DNA of 64,000 bases from Coleofasciculus sp. B1-GNL1-01 (GTDB lineage: Bacteria; Cyanobacteriota; Cyanobacteriia; Cyanobacteriales; Coleofasciculaceae). The stretch lies in assembly GCA_040220235.1 (NCBI GenBank), contig JAVJTO010000164.1. One strand, 5' to 3'. Both the position numbers and the translations under genes were made by a program. Below, piece after piece: positions 1 through 11,253 of this stretch. Every line of letters starts with the position of its first letter. Within the stretch, counting starts at the first letter, position 1. Under the pieces are notes generated by a model. It saw only the letters and a program-made list of their open reading frames with translations, did not search any database and was not told where the DNA came from.

Positions 1-1356
1 CTCAACTTTGGATAAGCTTTTGTAGGCTTTGACCGTCTCTTCGGCTGTAAACGTTTCTTCGGGGACGGAACTTCTCACCACATATAAACCATCCAATGTA
101 GCTTCTTCATTGATACTTTCAGTGTTTCTTTGGTAAGAGAAGCTATCGGGAGTTATCTGGATTTTGAAATGTTTCGCCACACCATACTTGTTGATCACTT
201 CACCCACTTTTAATCCGATTTCCGCTTCACCCCTTAACGGACATCTTTTCCGTGATGTGGCACTGACTATTTTATTTAATTTCTGCTCTGTGGCTTGCAA
301 TAACTCTTCGCGGTTTCTCTTTCTTTCTTCAGCTAAGAAGGGATTCCGACAGGCGACTCGGTTTCTCTTTCTTTCTTCAGCTAAGAAGGGATTCCGACAG
401 GCGACTAATCTTTCTCCCGGATAGTCTTCACAGGTAATTTCAGCTAAGTCTTTTTCATCAAATAGAGAGAGCTGAATGTACGACTGGTTCACCAGTTTCC
501 GGATTTGGCTTGAACGCAGCGCGGTGATCCAATCTACTCCTGCTGTTTCCTTTAGGTCTTCTCGGATTCTCGCTTGTGTGATCATTCCCCTGTCCCCCAC
601 CCAGATTATTTTCTTTAATCCAAACCGAGTGCGGACTTTTTCTATTTGTTGCGTTAATGTACTAGGGTCGGCTGTATTTCCTTCAAACACCTCTACAGAA
701 ATCGGACATCCTTGGGCGTTACATAATAATCCAAATACTATTTGCAATTTACCTTTTTTTTTGTCTCTATTATAGCCGAATTGTGCTAGAGGACAAGTCT
801 TTCCTTCAAAATACGTTGAGCTGACATCATAGAGAACTAATGTTCCTTCTACTAGATGGATAGACGCTAAGCTGTTTTCTATCTCCTCTTGTCGAGACAG
901 GAGCCAGTCCATGGCTAGATATAGTTCATCTTCATCTGTCCCAGACAATCCTAATCGTTCTCCTAGACTGGACAGTTTGGTCGCTTGTTGTAATCCTCTC
1001 GCTGTGGCTAATTTCGATTTGGGGGCAATAATACGTGCTGCTATCATCGATAGCACTAATCGTCTGTTACGTGTGTTTTCACCGCTAATAATCGAGTCTA
1101 AGCCGATTTTTTTTATTGTTCCGAGTACGGCAGCGACGTGACCGTGAGGGCGAGAACGGACTATGTTAAACGCCTCCTCGATGTCTTCAATCGCTTTACC
1201 TCCCTTGAGGAGAATCTTTAAACCGTCTACCGCTTCATCCGGCAATTTGGACAGGTTAGCTAGAGTCCGTTTTCGCACTTTCTTTCCTTCGCGATAGGAC
1301 TCACGAAGTAATACGGCGGGTGGGGAATTTCGGTTCGGAACACGTTCTATGTACAT
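1..1356 (-). CDS. IS1634-family DDE transposase, 3' end runs off the window
   Basis: Not in the ORF track. Manual translation from ATG at 1356 gives MYIERVPNRNSPPAVLLRESYREGKKVRKRTLANLSKLP, a typical IS1634 N-terminus. The frame (452 codons) reaches position 1 as ...VKAYKSLSKVE. Confidence 0.88.
   Translation of the reverse strand, partial: MYIERVPNRNSPPAVLLRESYREGKKVRKRTLANLSKLPDEAVDGLKILLKGGKAIEDIEEAFNIVRSRPHGHVAAVLGTIKKIGLDSIISGENTRNRRLVLSMIAARIIAPKSKLATARGLQQATKLSSLGERLGLSGTDEDELYLAMDWLLSRQEEIENSLASIHLVEGTLVLYDVSSTYFEGKTCPLAQFGYNRDKKKGKLQIVFGLLCNAQGCPISVEVFEGNTADPSTLTQQIEKVRTRFGLKKIIWVGDRGMITQARIREDLKETAGVDWITALRSSQIRKLVNQSYIQLSLFDEKDLAEITCEDYPGERLVACRNPFLAEERKRNRVACRNPFLAEERKRNREELLQATEQKLNKIVSATSRKRCPLRGEAEIGLKVGEVINKYGVAKHFKIQITPDSFSYQRNTESINEEATLDGLYVVRSSVPEETFTAEETVKAYKSLSKVE
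311..406. repeat. Perfect 48-bp tandem duplication inside the IS1634 transposase
   Basis: cggtttctctttctttcttcagctaagaagggattccgacaggcgact occurs at 311-358 and 359-406; in frame (16 aa). Confidence 0.95.
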
Positions 1357-1778
1357 GACTACAATTGTCTCACAGATTTTTCCCCAAGAGCATTAAGAAA
1401 ATCTTAAATATACATGGGTACGCATTGAGAAGGGGAATTGACCAACCAAGAAAGAGGCAAAAGGCGGAGTAAATGTGGTGCAGTCTCGCCCAGAGGACAT
1501 GGCGTCACCTGCCAAGGAGAACCGTAGTAGGGATAGAAATGTTTGGTGATACTGATGCACAAGAGCAAATAGATGATCTTGTTGACTGGGACGATGATTA
1601 ATTTACCCTAGACACGATAGCGTTTATCGTTTAATTAAAGTATCCCGAAAATGTTAAAGCTATTGTATTATAGATATTCAACGTCTCTCATCCAAATAAA
1701 AACTACTCTATAGGGACTATACCAGCAGCATGAACAGTGTTGATAATTTTTAACTTGAAGAACTATTAAAAAAAAGCA

Positions 1779-2318
1779 ATGTCTATTAATCCAACCGAAA
1801 GAAATTTAATTGAGGCTAAAATGTCACCGTTATTGGGACATAAAGCCTGGGGTGTTTCCTTAGGACATGGTAGTTTTATTACGCTAGAGTTTGGCAATCC
1901 AGTCAAGCAAGTTGTAGAGTACCGTAATCCAGTCAAGCGAAAGCATGGTAATTTAGTTAAGCGATCAGAATATACTCGTGGAGAGTGGCATCTATGGATT
2001 TATCTGTGTGCTTGGCGTTTAGAACAGAATCTTGAAGTGCTAGTCGCTTGTGAAGATTCGCGCTCAAAGATAGCCTTAGAATTGCAAAAAATAGAGGGGA
2101 TGAATTTAAAAAGTGTGAAATTAATCCCCCCCCTTTGGGATACCCTTTTCACTTTTGATAATCAATTAGCCTTGCGAACATTTTCGCTCTATTCCGATCC
2201 GTCAGAACCGGAGGAAGAGGGTGCTGAAGATTGGATGCTATTTATGCCTGATGGCAATGTATTGGCTGTCGGATCGGGTAGTCAATGGTGTTGCGAAAAA
2301 AGTTCAAAGAGCAGATGA
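1779..2318 (+). CDS. Hypothetical protein
   Basis: 179-aa ORF with protein-like composition (GHGSFITLEFG, GEWHLWIYLCAWRLE); family not identified. Confidence 0.75.
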   Translation: MSINPTERNLIEAKMSPLLGHKAWGVSLGHGSFITLEFGNPVKQVVEYRNPVKRKHGNLVKRSEYTRGEWHLWIYLCAWRLEQNLEVLVACEDSRSKIALELQKIEGMNLKSVKLIPPLWDTLFTFDNQLALRTFSLYSDPSEPEEEGAEDWMLFMPDGNVLAVGSGSQWCCEKSSKSR

Positions 2319-2529
2319 AATTTGGCTGTTTCTGGAAAAGTTGCACAGCACTCAAGAGCAACTCAAAAGAATGCAACAACAGTAATAACAATAACTAGGG
2401 TCTGCTGAATAAGTCTTGTGGTGGGGAGAGGCAATAGGGAATAGGCAATGGGCAATGGTTTCAACCCTCTGTCGAGGGAGAATTCAGCGCTGAGGTCGGC
2501 AAAAATTCCAGGATGCAAGACGGTTATAG

Positions 2530-3948
2530 CGCTCTTATGTCACTCTAGGCAGAGGAAAAGTGGAAATCTATGCTAGCATTAGCTTCGGGTACAGCGCCAG
2601 GAAAGCGATTCATCCAAGTGATTAAACGATTTAAGCCCACATCTAAGTAAGGAATAGGAAAGATGTTCAACCAAAACCTTAGGTCATTGTAAGCGAGCAA
2701 GGGTTGGAGAATTAAACGCAAGTTATTCAGCAAATTTTTCCAGCCTTCTTTGGCATCCCATCGAGGATGTTCCGACAATAAAAATCCCAGACCTGTTTGG
2801 GAAATACAACTAGGGTTTAAGGGACTTTTCTGAGTGGCTAATTTTTGAGAATGTAAGCTCACTAGTAAATAAGCACTACAAACTATCTCCCACCATTTTT
2901 CTATATCTGAATAACTTGTCAATCGAAAATCTGCCCATCCTAATTCATTCTTTTTTTGCTTCAAGCCATACTCGATCCAGTTTCGTAATCCATATAAATT
3001 CCCCACCTCATAATACTTAATGTTCGGCACTTTTGTCATTACATTCCACGTCTCATTTTTCGGCAATGTTTCCGTATTTGTAGTAATTTCCCAATACCTT
3101 TGCCTTCTTTTTTTTCCGTAAATTACTTCCCTGATGTAGCGTACCTGCTTTTTTCCATCGGAGAATATTCGGTCAAATTCCCTCCAATTGTTGCACATTA
3201 CCCTTTGCCCGCGAGGCATCCAGACCGCGTGATTACTTCTTATTGCCACCACATAATTGAGGTTTAATTCTTCTAATGTCGCCAGAAAATTACTTTCACT
3301 TTCTCCGTACAAGCTATCAGCTAATACCAAAGAAAAGTTGAATCCTTGCTTTTTGAGGTCTCTAATAATATGAGCCGCTATTTGGGGTTTCGATAAATAG
3401 GGTTCTCCTTCTTTTAGTCGGTTTTTTGGCTTGTACACCTGGAAGGAAAGGACTATTGTCATTCCTTCGACTATCCCGTAAGCTGTTACTGCTACTATCC
3501 CCGACTCCACTTTTCCCAAGTTCCCTATATATTGTCGGCTCACATAATCGGTCTTTTTCCCTTTTTTTCTATCCCCCGTTTCATCTATAATTACAATTAT
3601 TTCTTGCCCTTTTAAAGCTCTTAGTATTACCTCAATTCGCTTTTCTCTTAACTCTTTCAACTCCCAGGGAGACTGACTTATGAAATGGTGCAGGGATTGA
3701 TGATTTTTTAATCCCACCGCAGCGGCTATTTCGGGTAAACTTTTTCGTTTTATATCAGATAACATCCCTAGATGCAACTGTTTAAATGCTTCAAAACTTC
3801 TAACTTCTGGAAATATACTTTTATAGCCGTTGCAACATTCATCGATAAATCTTACTGTCGATCGGGAAACTCTTGCTTGTGTCATATACTGGGTAAGGGT
3901 TTCAGCGATTTTTCTTTATTATACTCCTCCCAGAGTGACAATAGAGCG
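2530..3948 (-). mobile_element. IS701-family insertion sequence, complete
   Basis: Inverted repeats cgctcttatgtcactct (2530-2546) and agagtgacaatagagcg (3932-3948); 4-bp target duplication ATAG at 2526-2529 and 3949-3952. Confidence 0.9.
2545..3885 (-). CDS. IS701-family transposase
   Basis: IIDETGDRKKG, VSRQYIGNLGKVESGIV, VLADSLYG and LRNWIEYGLKQKKNELGWADF motifs; the stop codon lies in the inverted repeat. Confidence 0.93.
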   Translation of the reverse strand: MTQARVSRSTVRFIDECCNGYKSIFPEVRSFEAFKQLHLGMLSDIKRKSLPEIAAAVGLKNHQSLHHFISQSPWELKELREKRIEVILRALKGQEIIVIIDETGDRKKGKKTDYVSRQYIGNLGKVESGIVAVTAYGIVEGMTIVLSFQVYKPKNRLKEGEPYLSKPQIAAHIIRDLKKQGFNFSLVLADSLYGESESNFLATLEELNLNYVVAIRSNHAVWMPRGQRVMCNNWREFDRIFSDGKKQVRYIREVIYGKKRRQRYWEITTNTETLPKNETWNVMTKVPNIKYYEVGNLYGLRNWIEYGLKQKKNELGWADFRLTSYSDIEKWWEIVCSAYLLVSLHSQKLATQKSPLNPSCISQTGLGFLLSEHPRWDAKEGWKNLLNNLRLILQPLLAYNDLRFWLNIFPIPYLDVGLNRLITWMNRFPGAVPEANASIDFHFSSA

Positions 3949-4102
3949 ATAGTGTAAAAACCTTGCACTTGTTGGGTCGGAAAATGGCTTGAAACCCCTA
4001 TCTAGTCTACCTTACACACTTATGCAGCAAGCCCTAACTATAAATTGCAATCCGTTCAAGAGTTGCAGAGCTTTACCAGCTATGTTATTTTAGCCATTTA
4101 TC

Positions 4103-4936
4103 ATGCGATATTGCCTCAATTTTAACTGTCAGAATCACCAAAATCCTATCGATGCAGAGGTTTGTCAAAATTGTGGCTCAAAGCTGTTATTAGATAACCG
4201 CTATTTTGCGCTTAAACTAATTGGTCAGGGGGGTTTTGGTAGAACTTTTCTCGCTGTGGATGAGTTCTTGCCCACTAAGCCACGTTGCGTGATCAAACAG
4301 TTTTTTCCGGGTGTCTCCGCGTTCAATTATCGAGAGAGGGCGGCTGAGTTATTTCGCTCGGAAGCAAGACAACTCGAAAAACTCGGTAAACATCCACAAA
4401 TTCCTAAACGACTAGCCTATATCGAGCAGAAAAGTAGTCAATACCTGATCCAGGAGTTTATCGATGGACGTAATTTAGCTGAAGAGGTGAGTGAGGAAGG
4501 CAGTTTCGACGCTACAAAGATTCGACAATTGCTCGAAAACTTACTGCCTTTTCTAGACTTTATCCACGCTCATCGAATCATCCACCGAGATATTAAACCG
4601 GAAAATATTATTCGTCGTCAGACTGATCAGCAACTGGTCTTAGTGGATTTTGGTGCTGCCAAATTGGTGGCAGAAACGGCTCTTACCCAAACCGGAACTG
4701 TAATTGGTAGTGCTAGGTATGTCGCCCCTGAACAAGCCGTAGGCAAAGCAGTTTTTTCTAGTGACCTCTATAGTCTTGGTGTCACTTGTATTTATCTGTT
4801 GACCCAAGTAGACCCTTTCGATCTCTATTCCTTCGCACAAGACTGTTGGGTTTGGCGAGATTATTTGCAGAATTCTGTCGATCGCGAATTGAGTAACATC
4901 CTTGACAAGATGTTGCACAGAGGGACACGTCATTAG
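4103..4936 (+). CDS. Ser/Thr protein kinase with N-terminal 4-Cys motif; C-terminally truncated, probably the 5' half of a split kinase-WD40 gene
   Basis: YCLNFNC..CQNCG, GQGGFG, VIK, HRDIKPEN, DFG, APEQ; the ORF ends within subdomain XI. Confidence 0.88.
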   Translation: MRYCLNFNCQNHQNPIDAEVCQNCGSKLLLDNRYFALKLIGQGGFGRTFLAVDEFLPTKPRCVIKQFFPGVSAFNYRERAAELFRSEARQLEKLGKHPQIPKRLAYIEQKSSQYLIQEFIDGRNLAEEVSEEGSFDATKIRQLLENLLPFLDFIHAHRIIHRDIKPENIIRRQTDQQLVLVDFGAAKLVAETALTQTGTVIGSARYVAPEQAVGKAVFSSDLYSLGVTCIYLLTQVDPFDLYSFAQDCWVWRDYLQNSVDRELSNILDKMLHRGTRH

Positions 4937-5735
4937 CCACGATAATCAGATGCTGATTATTAATGGTGATCTAGATCGCACGAGTAATGGTGCTACGACT
5001 CTAATGTGGCATTTACCCACAGGTCGCCCAATTCGCCAGTTAAACACAAAGTTTGTTAGTGCTGCAGTCGATATTAGTCCCGATAGTCAAATCTTAGCCT
5101 TGGGAGGCAATAGAGGACAAATTGAGTTATGGGATGTACGAACTGGCGAGCAGACGAGTGTCCTATCGGGACATGCTCGCTGGTTTAAGCTTTTGCCAAC
5201 GATTTCTGCTCTGGTCTATGTTGCCATAACAGATAACACACCTAGCCTGCTCAACCGCCAAGATTCTCAGGAGAATAGAGGCGTACCCCAACAATCGGCT
5301 TGGCTTCTTGCGAGTGCTAGTCGGGATAAAACGGTGAGATTATGGGATCTGAAAACTGGGGAATTGCTGAGTAAGTTGACGGGACATGCTGGATGGGTCT
5401 ATTCAATTGCAGTGAGTCCAGATGGGCAGACACTTGTCAGTGGTAGTGCGGACAAAACTGTCAAAATTTGGCATCGGGAAACTGGGAAATTAGTTCGTAC
5501 CCTTTCCCAGTTTGAAAAACCGGTTTACTCTGTCACCATCAGCCCAGATGGACAAACTTTGATTGCAGGTAGTGGTGACCCAGCGCTGACTATTTGGAAT
5601 CTGGAAACTGGTGAATTAGTCAATACCCTTGAAGGACATCCAGAGGGTGTCGCTGCTGTGGCAATGAGTGCTGATGGAGAAACGATGGTTAGTCGCAGTC
5701 TAGCTGGTCAAGTCAAAATTTGGCAGCCTGGTTAA
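4902..5735 (+). pseudogene. WD40-repeat region out of frame with the upstream kinase
   Basis: Several GH...SxDxTV(R/K)(L/I)W repeats; starts mid-repeat with no convincing start codon and overlaps the kinase end. Confidence 0.7.
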
Positions 5736-6160
5736 CCTGAACGGTGGGAACGGGAAACGGGGAACGGGAAACGGGGAACAGGGGAGATGGGGAAGATGAG
5801 GCAGGTGATGGAGAATTTTTCCAATCGCCAATCCTCAATCGCCAGTCCCTCATCCCTAACTCTTGCTGATCAGCGTACAGATTGACTATCATGCTATTGG
5901 TGTATTACGTGTTTTACGCTATCTTACGGTTAAGTACGTTTTCAGGGTCATCGCAATGGCATAGAAAAGAAACCCGACCTTTGAGAAAAACTCAAGCTAG
6001 GGAAAGCTCTCTGATCTATTCCGTTGTCGGTAAGTGCATCTACGACACCAAATTGAAGAGTTCAATCGTGACTACACCAATTGGGTGTATGACTTAACCT
6101 TTTTATGTAGGGTTTTTTTTGACAAAACAGTTATTGAATTATCTGTGCGAGGAGTTTATC

Positions 6161-6439
6161 TTGGCATTCATCCGACTCGCCGATTTGATCATCAATATGG
6201 ACTATGTTGCAGCAGTGACGTTCAGCACCTACAACGGCTTAGGTGAGGGACAAGAGATCCCTGTTGTAAACATTTGTTTAGCAATTCCAGAGGGGGCATT
6301 AGATGGTCAAGCGTCATCATGTATAGGGGATTGCCGGAATTGTCAGGGAATAGAAAAGCTGGAATATGAGAATGATTTAGCGATCGCGATTTGGAATTAC
6401 TTTACCCAATCCAGTGAGGTGACGGTGCTGTTTGAGTGA
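6161..6439 (+). CDS. Small hypothetical protein
   Basis: Likely TTG start at 6161 after a GAGGAG Shine-Dalgarno (MAFIRLADLIINMDYVAAV...), within track ORF 6119-6439; has a CxxxCxxC-like Cys cluster. Confidence 0.6.
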   Translation: MAFIRLADLIINMDYVAAVTFSTYNGLGEGQEIPVVNICLAIPEGALDGQASSCIGDCRNCQGIEKLEYENDLAIAIWNYFTQSSEVTVLFE

Positions 6440-6797
6440 CACCGCCGGGACATTAGGAGTGATGACTCTTTGCCCCTGCGAGGCATGGCGCGTGAGTTTA
6501 CCTCCCTCCACTGTCACACCCCTGCTGTCTTATCCCCTAGTTTATGAAGACTCGATGAAACCTCTAAGACTTAGTTGCTGATGCTCGTGTAGTTGACCTA
6601 TGATAAGGAAAGTGTATTACAAGTTATACGAACGTCTTACAGATTCAACCGTATCTGGGAATGAAAGCCTAGGGTCTGCGATCGCTCGCCTCTTTTGCTT
6701 CTGTTCTCCTCAAGGTTGGACACCACCAGGGTAAATCTATCGTTTTCGCTTCAATCCCACTATTCCTGAATGTGGTGTTTTTTTAGGTACTAGCACT

Positions 6798-7112
6798 ATG
6801 AGTTCATTCAAATCCGACAATCAATTACGTAATCTCAATCCCTCAACCTCTGAACCTGTATCTTCTGAAGAAGTACAGCAATTTAACCTCGAAAATCAAT
6901 TAGCAGAACTTGCCGTTCCTTTAGCCCAAGCCTGGAAAGATAACCATCCAGAAGCGCAACCTGCATCAGAAACGGATTTAGATGTTTGTACGTTGGCGGT
7001 GGCGATTGAAATGGCGATCGCTGGGGAAGCGGTTGGCGGTCTCATCGGCGCTTTAATTGCTTCTGGTGGGGGTGTCAAGGCGGCTAGTGTGGCGTGTAGA
7101 CGAGTGCTTTAA
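6798..7112 (+). CDS. Hypothetical protein with Gly/Ala-rich hydrophobic C-terminus
   Basis: 104-aa ATG ORF with an acidic N-half and a glycine-zipper-like C-terminus between two Cys. Confidence 0.65.
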   Translation: MSSFKSDNQLRNLNPSTSEPVSSEEVQQFNLENQLAELAVPLAQAWKDNHPEAQPASETDLDVCTLAVAIEMAIAGEAVGGLIGALIASGGGVKAASVACRRVL

Positions 7113-7287
7113 TCCAATATCGTCATTTGTCATTTGTCATTTGCTATTGGTGAATGAGGACTCTAGCAAAAAATGCGAGTTTATTTTTGGACAACCCTTG
7201 AGGATAAGTGTCTGTCGTGTTTTTTAACACCAAATTCAATCAGATGCCCTTTATGATTTTAGATTTAGGTCTAGTTCTCTAATGATG

Positions 7288-7381
7288 TATAGCAGTACAA
7301 AGACAGGTTAGGACATTCTGTACTGTTCACTGTTCCCTCTTGGGATCAACTGATGTCCTTTCCGTACCTCGTAGTGCTATA
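7288..7381. mobile_element. Short MITE-like element with TATAGC...GCTATA ends
   Basis: Terminal tatagca/tgctata and internal aggaca/tgtcct inverted repeats; a similar element lies at 18168-18295. Confidence 0.5.
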
Positions 7382-7668
7382 AGGCTGATACAGGGTATTG
7401 GAAAATTAATAGCAATTGCGTGGCTACAGAACGAAAAATAAAACCACCTTGCATATTTTTACCCGCATCTTCTACCAATTTTAGTTGAGTTATAAACCCT
7501 TTTGAGTTCTGTTGAGTAGGGGCAATTTTTACCCTATTGTTTTTTGACTATGATGTTACTAAATCCGCCCCCCGCCAATGCCATAATTCTTTAACGTAGC
7601 TTGCTGATCAAAGAGCGAGTATAACAATCAAGAATCAACCAAGACTCTCATTTCAAGGACATCATTTC

Positions 7669-10600
7669 ATGGCTACTAAATTTGATCCACTTAACACTTA
7701 TCACTCTCAATCCCATGAAGACACTTTGAATAGAGGGTATCAAAATAGTGCAACGAATTATCCTAACAGCCAACTCCCTCTTGAATCCGTTCCCCCCCCA
7801 GGAATGACGCCTCCAGAGCCGAAGACACAGCCTTCTTTTCTGGGGCGTACTCTTCCAGGAAGCTACCATCGGTTATTATCCCAGAACAGTACTCCCCTGC
7901 GGATTCAGTTATTGCAAACCATTTTGCCGGCTGTACTGGTTCCCTTGGGATTAGCGGGATTGGTGACATCTGGAATTATTTCGGGACGCAGCCAAGAACA
8001 AACTGAGCAGTTATTACAAAATGAAGCATTATTAACCAGTGATATTGTCACTGAGTTGTTAGCCGAAGCCGAAAAAATCCCCGCAATTGTGGCGCATAAT
8101 CCGTTAGTCATTAATGCGGCTAAGAATACGGCAACAGTAGCTCAAACTGAAGGGCTGCCGACAATTCCGATTGAGCAGCTTGAACAAACCTTCGCCACAA
8201 ATAAAATTGTTAAACCCAATTCCTCTCTGAATAGTTATCTTCAGAAAACAGCAGAAGTTAGCGAATTTTCGGAGTTGTTTTTTACCGATAAACATGGGTT
8301 TAACGTCGCATATAGTCGCCCGACCTCGGACTTTGTGCAACGGGATGAACAATGGTGGCAAGCAACGAAAACAGGTGAGAATCGATTAATCGAACCGACG
8401 TTTGATCAATCGGCAAATACCTTTGGAATTGAACTGAGCCAAGCGATTACTGATCCGAACTCAGGTGAATTTCTGGGTGTGGTCAAAGGGGTCTTACCCG
8501 CCGCAGCGTTCGGTACAGTGCTGAATAATTTGCTCTCAGATTTACACGTAGTTGATTCTCAAATCGTACAACTTTTAGCCCTGACCCAAGAGGGTAATAT
8601 CACTGTCATTCATAACGTTGGGATTCAGGACGGAGAAGGTCAACAGACGGTTGTGGGCGGTGATGCGATCGCGCAAGGTGCCAAAATGTTGCTCGATAGC
8701 CTACAATCTCAGAATTCTCAGGCGGAATCAGTAGCGAGTAATGTGCCACTCAAGGATTTAACCATAGAGTCAGTCCCCTCTCAGGTTGGCGATTCCCTCA
8801 ACAGGGCTAACTTTGAATACGCGGGTCGCCGTTATCTTTTGGTCACCGTTCCCAAAACCAACTGGGTGATTGCGGTTTCCATGGAACTGAGCGACCTCCG
8901 CAGCACTGGATCTCAAGCCGCGCTGACCTTTTCCTTAGCGTTTCTGCTCTTAGGCGGTGCGATCGCAGCAATCCTGTTATTTTTAGCCCGTCGCTTGGCA
9001 ATGCCCTTAAAACAATTGGTTAGCACGGCGGAACAAATGATTGCAGGGGATCTGAATGTTCACGCTGAACCCGTTGGTCCGACAGAAACCCGCCTCTTGT
9101 CACAAGCGTTTAATAATCTGGTCACCAGTGTTAAGGGATTATTGTATCAGCAATCGGCAGAAACTCAACAGGCAGAATTATTTGCCAACATCGCCATTTC
9201 CCGCGCTCGGACTGAGCGAGATTTAGAGGAAGTCTTCCAGACGGCTGTTCAAGGGGCGTTGCAAATTCTGGACGTTGATCGGGTGGTGATCTATCGGTTC
9301 CAACCCGACTGGCGGGGATACATCTCCAATGAAGCCGTCGTTCCCGGTTGGGTTCGGGCTTTGGGGGATAAAATCGAAGACGCTTGTATTGGGGATGCTC
9401 TGATCGAAGCCTACAAACAAGGACGAGTCGTACCCACCGATAATGTTTTTGAAGCGGGTTTTCATCCGGATCACCTCCAGTTAATGGAACGGTTACAAGT
9501 GAAAGCCAATTTGGTCACCCCCATTCTCAAGGATGAGCAGTTATTTGGGTTACTGATTGCCCATCACTGTAATGCGCCCCATAATTGGCAACCGTCGGAA
9601 ATTGAGTTTCTCAAAAAGTTAGCGATTCAAGTTGGTTTATCCTTAGACCGGGTGAACTTCTTGGTCGAAAAAGAAGCGGAAACCGAACGGGCGCAACAAT
9701 TGAATGAAATTACCTCAAGTATTCGGGAATCCGTGACCGTGGAGGAAATTTATAATGCCGCGATCACAGGAATTCGCAAAACCATGAAAACTGATCGCGC
9801 TGTTGTTTACCTATTTGACGAAAACTGGAAAGGCACGATCAGGGCTGAATCGGTGGCGGAAGGGTTTCCCAAAGCCTTGGGCGCGAATATTGCTGACCCC
9901 TGTTTTGCCGAGCAATATGTGGAGAAATATAAGCAGGGGCGGGTCAAGGCGATTGAAGATATTCAAAAGGCGGGTTTGAGCAAATGTTACTTGGGTCAAT
10001 TGGAACCCTTTAAGGTCAAAGCCAATTTAGTCGCGCCAATTTTAGCCTATGGAGATCTTCACGGCTTATTAGTCACCCATCAATGTTCCAGTAGCCGGAT
10101 GTGGCAAGAATCAGAAATGACCTTCTTTAAACAGGTGGCAATTCAACTCGGTTCAGCCTTAGATCGTTTAGATTTCTTAGCCCAAATTGAGCAATCCCGT
10201 CAAAAAGCTGAAAGTCTGGCAGAGGAGCAACGTCAACAAAAAGAAGCGATTCAAATGCAATTAGTTGAACTGCTCAATGATGTGGAAGGTGCAGCCAGAG
10301 GTGACTTAACGGTACGGGCAGAGGTAAACATTGGTGAAATCGGCACCGTTGCTGACTTTTTCAACTCAATTGTGGAGAACTTGCGGCAAATTGTAACACG
10401 GGTACAAGAGTCAGCAATTCAGGTGAATATGGCGGTTGGCGAGGACGAACAAGCGATTCAGCAACTGGCAGAAGCGGCACTGAAACAGGCAGAAGAAACG
10501 ACTCAGATTTTAAATTCTGTCGAACAAATGACCCAGTCAATTGAAGAAGTGGCAGAGAACGCTCGCCAAGCGGCAGTTGTGGCGGGTACAGCATCCAATA

Positions 10601-11253
10601 CCGCCCAAATGGGTCAAGCGGCGATGGATTTAACGGTAGAAAATATCTTAAATCTACGTGGTGCGATTGGGGAGACGGCGAAAAAAGTGAAGCGCTTGGG
10701 TGAGTCGTCGCAACAGATTGCTAAGGTGGTATCTATCATTGAGAAAATTGCCCTACAAACCAACTTACTTGCGATTAACGCCGGGATTGAGGCAGCACGG
10801 GCTGGTGAAGAGGGTCAAGGCTTTGCTGTTGTTGCCGAAGAAGTGGGAGAATTGGCGGCAAAATCAGCGGCGGCGACTCAAGAAATTGAGGAAATTGTTG
10901 AGAGTATCCAACGGGAAACCGCGATGGTGGTTGAGGCGATGGAACAAAGCACCAAGCAGGTGGTAGAAGGGACACAGTTAGTGGATGATGCCAAGAATAG
11001 CTTGGGTCAAATGTTAGAGGTATCCTATCAGATTGACCAATTGGTGCAGTTAATTTCTACGGCTACCGTGTCTCAGACGCAAACGGCGCAAGCGGTGAGT
11101 AGTTTGATGTACGAGATTGCCATGGTTTCAGCCCAAACCTCGGATTCCTCGACGAAAGTGTCGAATTCACTGCGAAAAACGGTGGAAGTGGCGCGAGAGT
11201 TGCAGGCATCTGTGGGGACGTTTAAGGTTGATCCGCAACTGGATTATGAGTAA
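7669..11253 (+). CDS. PixJ/TaxD1-like methyl-accepting chemotaxis protein: TM-Cache-TM-HAMP-2 cyanobacteriochrome GAF-MCP signal
   Basis: Two TM segments, Cache-like periplasmic region ([10 protein letters not shown]), HAMP, two GAF domains ([16 protein letters not shown]...LIAHHC/LVTHQC), MCP core [33 protein letters not shown]. Confidence 0.92.
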   Translation: MATKFDPLNTYHSQSHEDTLNRGYQNSATNYPNSQLPLESVPPPGMTPPEPKTQPSFLGRTLPGSYHRLLSQNSTPLRIQLLQTILPAVLVPLGLAGLVTSGIISGRSQEQTEQLLQNEALLTSDIVTELLAEAEKIPAIVAHNPLVINAAKNTATVAQTEGLPTIPIEQLEQTFATNKIVKPNSSLNSYLQKTAEVSEFSELFFTDKHGFNVAYSRPTSDFVQRDEQWWQATKTGENRLIEPTFDQSANTFGIELSQAITDPNSGEFLGVVKGVLPAAAFGTVLNNLLSDLHVVDSQIVQLLALTQEGNITVIHNVGIQDGEGQQTVVGGDAIAQGAKMLLDSLQSQNSQAESVASNVPLKDLTIESVPSQVGDSLNRANFEYAGRRYLLVTVPKTNWVIAVSMELSDLRSTGSQAALTFSLAFLLLGGAIAAILLFLARRLAMPLKQLVSTAEQMIAGDLNVHAEPVGPTETRLLSQAFNNLVTSVKGLLYQQSAETQQAELFANIAISRARTERDLEEVFQTAVQGALQILDVDRVVIYRFQPDWRGYISNEAVVPGWVRALGDKIEDACIGDALIEAYKQGRVVPTDNVFEAGFHPDHLQLMERLQVKANLVTPILKDEQLFGLLIAHHCNAPHNWQPSEIEFLKKLAIQVGLSLDRVNFLVEKEAETERAQQLNEITSSIRESVTVEEIYNAAITGIRKTMKTDRAVVYLFDENWKGTIRAESVAEGFPKALGANIADPCFAEQYVEKYKQGRVKAIEDIQKAGLSKCYLGQLEPFKVKANLVAPILAYGDLHGLLVTHQCSSSRMWQESEMTFFKQVAIQLGSALDRLDFLAQIEQSRQKAESLAEEQRQQKEAIQMQLVELLNDVEGAARGDLTVRAEVNIGEIGTVADFFNSIVENLRQIVTRVQESAIQVNMAVGEDEQAIQQLAEAALKQAEETTQILNSVEQMTQSIEEVAENARQAAVVAGTASNTAQMGQAAMDLTVENILNLRGAIGETAKKVKRLGESSQQIAKVVSIIEKIALQTNLLAINAGIEAARAGEEGQGFAVVAEEVGELAAKSAAATQEIEEIVESIQRETAMVVEAMEQSTKQVVEGTQLVDDAKNSLGQMLEVSYQIDQLVQLISTATVSQTQTAQAVSSLMYEIAMVSAQTSDSSTKVSNSLRKTVEVARELQASVGTFKVDPQLDYE

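Larger units (their letters stand above)
2398..4034. mobile_element. MITE (about 215 bp of its own sequence) interrupted by IS701
   Basis: Imperfect terminal inverted repeats (ta)gggtctgctgaataagt and acttatgcagcaagccc(ta), flanked by direct repeat TAACTA at 2392-2397 and 4035-4040. Related ends occur at about 49909, 55749-55778 and 63866-63884. Confidence 0.7.

Noticed and set aside
164..1141. Plus-strand ORFs 164-424, 476-775 and 911-1141
   Set aside because: Antisense shadows of the IS1634 transposase
1474..1601. Short ORF of about 42 aa ending DDLVDWDDD next to the IS1634 end
   Set aside because: Too short and without a recognisable motif; may be a gene remnant
5882..6246. ORFs 5882-6097 and 6034-6246
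   Set aside because: Non-ATG starts and they overlap a better-supported frame starting at 6161
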